A stretch of 4,318 nucleotides of DNA from a virus. Its lineage: Duplodnaviria > Heunggongvirae > Uroviricota > Caudoviricetes. The stretch lies in IMG/VR virus record IMGVR_UViG_2698536395_000002; one strand, given 5' to 3'. Position numbers and translations under genes: made by a program. Under the pieces are notes generated by a model that was not told the origin of the DNA, ran no database searches, and saw only the letters and a list, made by a program, of their open reading frames with translations. Numbering within the stretch: the first letter of the stretch is position 1; every line of letters begins with the position of its first letter. This document shows positions 1 to 4,318 of the stretch, piece after piece.

Positions 1-101
1 AATACATTGAGATTTTCTACAATCGTCAGCGTCGTCACTCTCGTCTGGGGAATATCTCCCCGGCAGCCTTCAGGGAAAAATATCATCAGATGGCTGCTTA
101 A
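1..101 (+). CDS. IS3-family transposase (OrfB-type), 3' end only; the 5' part lies outside the window
   Basis: Frame 3 is open from the window edge to TAA at 99-101 and translates to YIEIFYNRQRRHSRLGNISPAAFREKYHQMAA. The YNRQRRHS-LG-ISPAAF pattern is the conserved C-terminal signature of IS3-family DDE transposases (recollection; exact IS not identified). Confidence 0.7.
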   Translation, partial: YIEIFYNRQRRHSRLGNISPAAFREKYHQMAA

Positions 102-139
102 AAAAAGAACAAATGGTAGCGTCCGCTATTGCCAGTACA
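1..139 (+). mobile_element. Right end of an IS3-family insertion sequence, inserted into the phage int gene
   Basis: Transposase 3' end at 1-101, followed by about 38 bp ending in ...CCAGTACA at 139 (IS3-family ends are 5'-TG...CA-3'). Int homology on the opposite strand stops at this point (around codon 77). The exact terminus is inferred, +/- a few bp. Confidence 0.65.
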
Positions 140-370
140 CCTCAGAGTGATTGCGTCACCGCCTTTAATTCTGTCTATCAGTGATTTGCGTCCGCTGTCT
201 GAGAGTAACTCAATATTGGCCTGTATTGCTTCAGTGATTGCTATCCTCCTGTCTCGGCCTAATCCAAACTCTTTACCCGTCCTTGGGTCCCTGTAGCAGT
301 AATATCCATTGTTTCTTATATAAAGGTTAGGGGGTAAATCCCGGCGCTCATGACTTCGCCTTCTTCCCAT
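98..370 (-). pseudogene. int: Integrase truncated by IS insertion: N-terminal arm-binding domain of a lambda/HK022-type tyrosine integrase (about 77 native codons) fused to 13 IS-derived codons
   Basis: ORF begins MGRRRSHERRDLPPNLYIRNNGYYCYRDPRTGKEFGLGRDRRIAITEAIQANIEL, which matches the lambda Int N-terminus as recalled. The next stretch, LSDSGRKSLIDRIKGGDAITL, resembles HK022-type Int. Homology is then lost (RCTGNSGRYHLFFF*) where the reading frame enters the IS end. Full-length Int is about 356 aa; this ORF is 90 aa. The 5' end overlaps xis by 23 bp, as in lambda. Confidence 0.9.
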
Positions 371-566
371 TTCTGATCCTCTTCAAAAGGCTACCTGTTA
401 CTGGTCGATTTAAGTCAACCTTTACCGCTGATTCGTGGAACAGATACTCTCTGCCATCCTTAACCGGAGGAGGGAATATCCTGCATTCGCGCACCCATCG
501 ACGAACTGTTTCAAGGCTTCTTGGGCGTCGCTGGCGAGCGTTCCACTCCTGAAGTGTCAAGTACAT
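348..566 (-). CDS. xis: Excisionase Xis (72 aa), apparently intact
   Basis: Translation MYLTLQEWNARQRRPRSLETVRRWVRECRIFPPPVKDGREYLFHESAVKVDLNRPVTGSLLKRIRNGKKAKS is essentially the lambda Xis sequence as recalled. GGAG lies 8 nt upstream of the ATG; the 3' end overlaps the int start. Confidence 0.95.
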   Translation of the reverse strand: MYLTLQEWNARQRRPRSLETVRRWVRECRIFPPPVKDGREYLFHESAVKVDLNRPVTGSLLKRIRNGKKAKS

Positions 567-592
567 CGCAAAGTCTCCGCAATTACACGCAA
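555..592 (-). promoter_or_regulatory. pI-like promoter region with a cII-type activator box (TTGC-N6-TTGC) just upstream of and overlapping the xis start
   Basis: On the minus strand, TTGCGTGTAATTGC (plus 579-592) lies immediately 5' of the xis ATG. This matches the direct-repeat TTGC-N6-TTGC cII recognition motif known from lambda pI/pRE. Position relative to xis is as in lambda. Confidence 0.55.
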
Positions 593-615
593 TAAAAAAC
601 CGCCATCAGGCGGCT
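591..615 (-). terminator. Intrinsic (rho-independent) terminator for leftward transcription, overlapping the stop codon of the orf55-like gene
   Basis: Minus-strand RNA would read GCCGCC-UGAU-GGCGG followed by UUUUUUAUU. Stem is at plus 600-604 / 609-613, loop 605-608 (contains the TGA stop), T-tract at 592-599. Confidence 0.6.
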
Positions 616-773
616 TGGTGTTCTTTCAGTTCTTCAATTCGAATATTGGTTACGTCTGCATGTGCTATCTGCGCCCATATCATCCAGTGGTCATAGCAGT
701 CGTTGATGTCCTCTGCTTCGATAACTCTGTTGAATGGTTCTCCATTCAATTCACCTGTGACTCGGAAGTGCAT
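606..773 (-). CDS. Small hypothetical protein, 55 aa; homologue of the lambda orf between xis and ea8.5 (orf55-like)
   Basis: ATG at 771-773; protein MHFRVTGELNGEPFNRVIEAEDINDCYDHWMIWAQIAHADVTNIRIEELKEHQAA. The six-frame track extends it to a TTG at 788, but the ATG start matches the lambda orf as recalled. Stop TGA sits in the terminator loop. Confidence 0.75.
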   Translation of the reverse strand: MHFRVTGELNGEPFNRVIEAEDINDCYDHWMIWAQIAHADVTNIRIEELKEHQAA

Positions 774-808
774 TTGTGATTTCCCCAAAAGATGCTTGAG
801 TGCGCTTC

Positions 809-1108
809 TTATTCGATTCGCACACCTGGTATTTCGCCTTTTGAAATGGCTAAGTCATAAATTTGCGCAGCACTATACCCATCTCGCATCCATGAATCTA
901 AGGCGCGAATAGCCTCGCTACGCTTTTTATCTTCTCTTTCATTTTTGATATCAACGAGGACATCAACGCAATTAAGGCATATGTGGATTTTGTCCTTACA
1001 TTCGATCATGGCAGCTTTACCATGATTTCCGCCACACAGTGAGCATAAATCTTCAGGGTCTGGCTGGTATTTCTGTAACGTTAAAGGGTTGAATGTTGAA
1101 CAGGCCAT
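809..1108 (-). CDS. Hypothetical zinc-ribbon protein (about 99 aa) with CxxC-x11-C-x6-CxxC motif; function unknown
   Basis: ORF open from 1120; preferred start is the ATG at 1106-1108, preceded by GGAGATGATT (SD, 6-nt spacer). Cys pairs C22/C25 and C44/C47 plus C37/H42 (numbered from that start) suggest a treble-clef or zinc-ribbon fold. Stop TAA at 809-811. Confidence 0.7.
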   Translation of the reverse strand: MACSTFNPLTLQKYQPDPEDLCSLCGGNHGKAAMIECKDKIHICLNCVDVLVDIKNEREDKKRSEAIRALDSWMRDGYSAAQIYDLAISKGEIPGVRIE

Positions 1109-1120
1109 AATCATCTCCAT

Positions 1121-1145
1121 AAAACAAAACTCGCCGTAGCGAGTT
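1121..1145 (-). terminator. Putative intrinsic terminator (or antitermination-sensitive pause hairpin) in the leftward operon
   Basis: Minus-strand RNA: GAACUCGC-UACG-GCGAGUU followed by UUGUUUU. Stem plus 1128-1134 / 1139-1145, T-tract 1121-1127. It sits in a 120-bp non-coding gap downstream of the 92-aa gene. Confidence 0.5.
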
Positions 1146-1265
1146 CAGATAAAAGAAATCCCCGTCAGTGCGAGGATTGTTATTGTCTTTTCTTCGTGCA
1201 TTTGTCGCACTTTCGGCACCATCCAGATAGGCACATCCGTCCGCAATTAACACATATAGGCCACA

Positions 1266-1544
1266 TCATTTTTCCTCTTTTGGTTTATGAATCTGAATGG
1301 TCATGCCGCTTTGAGTGGTGACTACAATGACATAACCAGGCTGAAGACTGTTAAGATTGAATGCTTCGTAAAACGAATCCAAGGCCAGCGCTTTTTTATT
1401 CTTTCGGTTCCACCAACGCCATCCCTTGCTACAGGCTACACTGACAATCCACTGCCCACTCCTGTAAGCCATATAAAACCAGATGAGCAAAACCTGAAGG
1501 AATGCTATCCAGTCAATAATCGTATATTTCGCGAAGGAGTCCAT
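1266..1544 (-). CDS. Small predicted membrane protein (92 aa): one hydrophobic transmembrane-like segment followed by a basic Trp-rich patch
   Basis: ATG at 1542-1544 is preceded by AGGAGG (7-nt spacer) and overlaps the upstream TGA (TGATG). Hydrophobic stretch YTIIDWIAFLQVLLIWFYMAY, then KGWRWWNRKNKK. Stop TGA at 1266-1268. Confidence 0.7.
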   Translation of the reverse strand: MDSFAKYTIIDWIAFLQVLLIWFYMAYRSGQWIVSVACSKGWRWWNRKNKKALALDSFYEAFNLNSLQPGYVIVVTTQSGMTIQIHKPKEEK

Positions 1545-2131
1545 CACTTCACCTCCTGCTGCGGTGCTGCTGGCATTTCACGCCAGTGCGTAACTGAGTG
1601 CGGATCCGGATATTCGGTGCCATCATCCCAGCGATTGCCATTCCACATTGCAGACCACATCTCACCGTCTTCATACATGACCATTACCGGAATTAACTTA
1701 TCCGGCATTCGCTCACTACAGCATATCCAACCATCCGGAGTTACCGGAGAGTTGCCCGATAGCGCATTACGCAATCGCTCCAGCTTCACGTATTCCTGAA
1801 CCCTGTTTCCGTCGCATGCCTGAAGCCATTGCGCAGCCTTTTGCGCATCAGTGTGAAAGGCACAAGTGCGACCGTCATCAAATTGCATTTCGTAGAGGTC
1901 AGCAACTTGTTCAAACTGCGTATGTTGTGACTTGTAAGTTTGGCTTACAGGTTCGGCACCATGAAGCATGGCGGCGCGGAGTTTCTGTATCTCCCGTGCC
2001 ATTATTGCGGCCTGACGAGGAGTGAACATATCACCTGCAATAATTCTGTTTAGTTCCTCGTCAGTGAACTCATAATCATCAGGAACATTGTGAACCTCAG
2101 CATAAAGAGGCTTTTTTGTAGAAATGGTCAT
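1544..2131 (-). CDS. Phage protein with a C-terminal DUF551-like domain (195 aa)
   Basis: ATG at 2129-2131 overlaps the upstream stop (ATGA); GGAGG upstream. The C-terminus GWICCSERMPDKLIPVMVMYEDGEMWSAMWNGNRWDDGTEYPDPHSVTHWREMPAAP fits the DUF551 signature (W..P...V.V..........W.........THW.E.P, recollection). Confidence 0.8.
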   Translation of the reverse strand: MTISTKKPLYAEVHNVPDDYEFTDEELNRIIAGDMFTPRQAAIMAREIQKLRAAMLHGAEPVSQTYKSQHTQFEQVADLYEMQFDDGRTCAFHTDAQKAAQWLQACDGNRVQEYVKLERLRNALSGNSPVTPDGWICCSERMPDKLIPVMVMYEDGEMWSAMWNGNRWDDGTEYPDPHSVTHWREMPAAPQQEVK

Positions 2132-2745
2132 CGTAAAACATCCTCCGCACTTACCAGTCCGTTTCGCAAAAGATAATCCATCGCCCTATCAGGTAATTTG
2201 CAATCAGGTTTTGCTTTTTTCAGTTGGCTGACCAATTGTTTAACCAGCATTGTTAATTCGATCACCTGGTAGCGCGGCAATGGTGAATTATCGGATTTGC
2301 CCTGACTGTCATCACTGCATGAATGCCCTTCCAGCCAGGCCAATGCTTGTCGCATGAAATACGCAATATGTTTGCCGTGGTAATCGTCTTCATCGATGTG
2401 AAAAGCGATACTGCGGATGTATTCTATTGCATTTTCAATGGCCTCCAACGCTATCGGCGCTGGCGGTGCGGTATAAAACTTCGTCCCCAGCGGCAACAAC
2501 TTCATCGCTTTTTCTCCCTTAATGATGCGATAAGTTGATTTCCCGCCAAGGTCTACCGTTCCATCCATAACAAGGCCGAGTCGCTTCTCTGAAACCTCAC
2601 CAATAGGCTCTGCTTCCAGCGATGCCAGAGCAATTCGTGCCAGTTCTTCCGCTTCTTCTGCTGGCAGTACAACGTTGCTACCAGGTCCGTATGTTTCGCG
2701 CCACTGCTTGATTGTCAGTAGTCGCTCTTTGGTAATAGTGGTCAT
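2128..2745 (-). CDS. Hypothetical protein, 205 aa, no recognisable domain
   Basis: ATG at 2743-2745 preceded by AGAGGA (6-nt spacer) and lying 3 nt after the upstream TAA. The 3' end overlaps the next start by 4 bp. An acidic His-rich patch HIDEDDYHGKH is present. Confidence 0.75.
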   Translation of the reverse strand: MTTITKERLLTIKQWRETYGPGSNVVLPAEEAEELARIALASLEAEPIGEVSEKRLGLVMDGTVDLGGKSTYRIIKGEKAMKLLPLGTKFYTAPPAPIALEAIENAIEYIRSIAFHIDEDDYHGKHIAYFMRQALAWLEGHSCSDDSQGKSDNSPLPRYQVIELTMLVKQLVSQLKKAKPDCKLPDRAMDYLLRNGLVSAEDVLR

Positions 2746-2748
2746 GGG

Positions 2749-2937
2749 TTATCCTCTTAGCGCCACAACGCGCACTTCTGGGTCAAAAGATGGTGCATTC
2801 TCATCTGTAACATCAGCAACATGACCTACAAAGTCGTTATACTCACCCTCTGATTGGTCATAGCCCTGCCAGACCACGACAGCCTCAGGAGGCATTTTTC
2901 TGAGCTTGCTGATTAACTGCCTAACCGTCAGCGACAT
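2749..2937 (-). CDS. Small hypothetical protein, 62 aa
   Basis: ATG at 2935-2937 preceded by AAAGGAG and lying 1 nt after the Ea22-like TGA stop. Protein MSLTVRQLISKLRKMPPEAVVVWQGYDQSEGEYNDFVGHVADVTDENAPSFDPEVRVVALRG. The longer 103-aa version in the track would overlap the Ea22-like 3' end in another frame, so the shorter coupled start is preferred. Confidence 0.6.
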   Translation of the reverse strand: MSLTVRQLISKLRKMPPEAVVVWQGYDQSEGEYNDFVGHVADVTDENAPSFDPEVRVVALRG

Positions 2938-2938
2938 C

Positions 2939-3607
2939 TCACTCTCCTTTGATGCGAATGCCAGTAGCGCGGATAGATTTCCATTGTTTCCACATTCGGT
3001 TGAAGTCTGTGCCTGATAAGGTTGCGTTACGGTATCCAGTTTCGGTACGCAATCCTTCAAGCGTCGATTTGGAGATACAAATTGAATGCATTACCCATGA
3101 TTCAAACAAATCACGCTCCCGGGCTTCGCAACTTTGCTTACTCATCTCTTCGATACGTTCAGCCATCGCAGCACACTCTTCAAAGTTGCTTAATGCTTTT
3201 CGCTCCCATTCGGCGCATTGTTTTCCAAGCTCTGCAATCAGCTTGTCTTTGCCTTCCAGCTCAACACGCAGTTTCCCTACCGTTAGCGCAATATCCTCGT
3301 TCTCCTGATCGCGGCGTTTGATGTATTGCTGGTTTCTTTCCAGTTCATCCAGTAATGCCAGCACAGTAGCCGGATTGGCTGCGGCGATGAATTCAGCATT
3401 GGCCTGCTGTTCCATTTGGAAATCTTCATCGAAACCGCTTTCTGGATGTGCTCCTTCAATTCTGCAAATGGGAAGATATCCAACAACTTCACGATGAATT
3501 AACGCATCATCACAATCAAATCGGCTCTCTCCATATTCGAGCGACCATACACCACACGTTGCTTTTTCTGCCTTGGCACGCAGTGCCTGATAGTCAATCA
3601 GGCTCAC
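2939..3607 (-). CDS. ea22: Ea22-like protein (222 aa), a mosaic variant with a conserved coiled-coil core
   Basis: GTG start at 3605-3607 preceded by AAAGGAGG and overlapping the upstream TGA (GTGA). N-terminus MSLIDYQALRAKAEKA..., core LLDELERNQQYIKRRDQENEDIALTVGKLRVELE and C-terminal IRIKGE* all match lambda Ea22 as recalled (which also starts at GTG). The segments between are divergent. Confidence 0.85.
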   Translation of the reverse strand: MSLIDYQALRAKAEKATCGVWSLEYGESRFDCDDALIHREVVGYLPICRIEGAHPESGFDEDFQMEQQANAEFIAAANPATVLALLDELERNQQYIKRRDQENEDIALTVGKLRVELEGKDKLIAELGKQCAEWERKALSNFEECAAMAERIEEMSKQSCEARERDLFESWVMHSICISKSTLEGLRTETGYRNATLSGTDFNRMWKQWKSIRATGIRIKGE

Positions 3608-4191
3608 TGGTTGCCTCCTTTGCGAATCTGTTCCGCCCATTCTTCAAGGGATTTCTCCGCATATTCACCAGACAGGCCATCAATCGGATGCGGTTCATTA
3701 GCCAACTCTTCTTTCGCTGACAGAATCATGCGCGTAACATCGAAAACTTCACGTAAAGACTTATTGATAAATCCGTGGTTGAAAGCAGCAGCAAGACGGC
3801 TTGCGGCATAGTTAATACCCTCGTTGCGTGCTTCCGCACGTACTTCAGCCAGGAAAGCATCGGTGGCTGGGGTTTTGATTTCGTTAAGCGCATCACTGAA
3901 TAAACCACGCTCCATACCTAGCTCTGCTTCGTAATCGGCATCGAATGCAGCGTCTTTGCAGAACTTCTTCATCCCCGCACTCTCCGCTGCCAGCGCCGCG
4001 CACTTGGCCTCAAGGTTATCAATCGTGATTCCAGCAGAACGACACTCCCGCAACGCCGTTTCCAGTTTTGATTCAAGTTCACCGAACTTACGGACAAGAT
4101 ATTCAGCGTTTGTTTCGTTAACCTTTAGATCTCGTGGGATGCATTTACCTTTCAGAAAACCATCCATCTCAATTAGTGACATTTGTTTCAT
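3604..4191 (-). CDS. Hypothetical protein (about 195 aa), largely alpha-helical by composition, no recognisable domain
   Basis: ORF open to a GTG at 4209; preferred start is ATG at 4189-4191 (GGAG/GGGA upstream), giving MKQMSLIEMDGFLKGK.... Stop TGA at 3604-3606 overlaps the Ea22-like GTG start. Start codon choice is uncertain. Confidence 0.7.
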   Translation of the reverse strand: MKQMSLIEMDGFLKGKCIPRDLKVNETNAEYLVRKFGELESKLETALRECRSAGITIDNLEAKCAALAAESAGMKKFCKDAAFDADYEAELGMERGLFSDALNEIKTPATDAFLAEVRAEARNEGINYAASRLAAAFNHGFINKSLREVFDVTRMILSAKEELANEPHPIDGLSGEYAEKSLEEWAEQIRKGGNQ

Positions 4192-4257
4192 TTTTTCCCA
4201 CTCCGCCACATAGCATTCAGATATTTGTTGTCATTAACAGAACCGAAACTCTTTCTC

Positions 4258-4318
4258 TTAAGCAATTACTCTCTCGATGGCATTGGCTTTACGCGTTGGC
4301 GAATAATCATTTCTGCCG
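4258..4318 (-). CDS. Possible 3' end of a further upstream minus-strand gene (partial, about 19 codons)
   Basis: Open frame entering from the window edge and ending at TAA 4258-4260 (...GRNDYSPTRKANAIERVIA*). Too short to identify; supported only by context in a densely packed leftward operon. Confidence 0.3.
   Translation of the reverse strand, partial: GRNDYSPTRKANAIERVIA

Noticed and set aside
98-139. The last 13 codons of the int ORF (TGNSGRYHLFFF) as genuine integrase sequence
   Set aside because: Homology to lambda/HK022-type Int stops after ...DAITL. The tail is read from the opposite strand of the IS terminus, so it is a fusion artefact of the insertion.
435-779. Plus-strand ORF of 114 aa overlapping xis and the orf55-like gene
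   Set aside because: It is antisense to two well-supported minus-strand genes, has no SD and runs through the terminator hairpin; most likely a chance open frame.
1160-1250. Short inverted repeats (GTGCGA...TCGCAC) in the gap between the 92-aa gene and the hairpin
   Set aside because: Only 6-bp arms separated by about 30 bp, with no flanking signal; not distinguishable from chance.
1053-1253. Minus-strand ORF of 66 aa with a GTG start
   Set aside because: It has no SD, reads straight through the 1121-1145 terminator hairpin and overlaps the zinc-ribbon gene start in another frame.
1287-1799. Plus-strand ORF of 170 aa
   Set aside because: It is fully antisense to the coupled 92-aa and DUF551 genes, has low-complexity composition and no RBS. 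The smaller plus-strand ORFs at 703-912, 1816-2025, 2323-2538, 2949-3308, 3022-3321, 3448-3720, 3611-3811 and 3956-4213 were rejected for the same reasons.
2749-3060. Long 103-aa version of the gene downstream of ea22-like
   Set aside because: Its N-terminal 41 codons would overlap the Ea22-like 3' end out of frame. The internal ATG at 2937 has a proper SD and lies 1 nt after the Ea22-like stop, so the 62-aa form is preferred.
3283-3492. Minus-strand ORF of 69 aa inside the Ea22-like gene (and a similar 60-aa ORF at 3726-3908 inside the 195-aa gene)
   Set aside because: Both are alternative frames embedded in longer, homology-supported genes and have no independent translation signals.

Overview
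This window is the left (recombination-proximal) arm of a lambdoid prophage; every credible gene is on the minus strand. Reading right to left: a partial upstream ORF, a 195-aa hypothetical gene, an Ea22-like mosaic gene, a four-gene translationally coupled cargo cassette (62 aa, 205 aa, 195-aa DUF551 protein, 92-aa membrane protein), an intrinsic terminator, a small zinc-ribbon gene that looks like a moron inserted at the start of the orf55-like gene, the orf55-like gene, a second terminator beside a cII-type box (pI-like), xis, and an int gene cut off after about codon 77. The int gene is interrupted by the right end of an IS3-family insertion sequence, whose transposase 3' end occupies positions 1-101 on the plus strand. 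No RNA genes or CRISPR arrays were seen. All family assignments rest on reading the translations and on recollection of phage lambda, HK022 and IS3-family sequences; no database search was run. The most interesting parts are the cargo that sits where lambda carries ea8.5 (the four-gene cassette) and the inserted zinc-ribbon gene; their functions are unknown.
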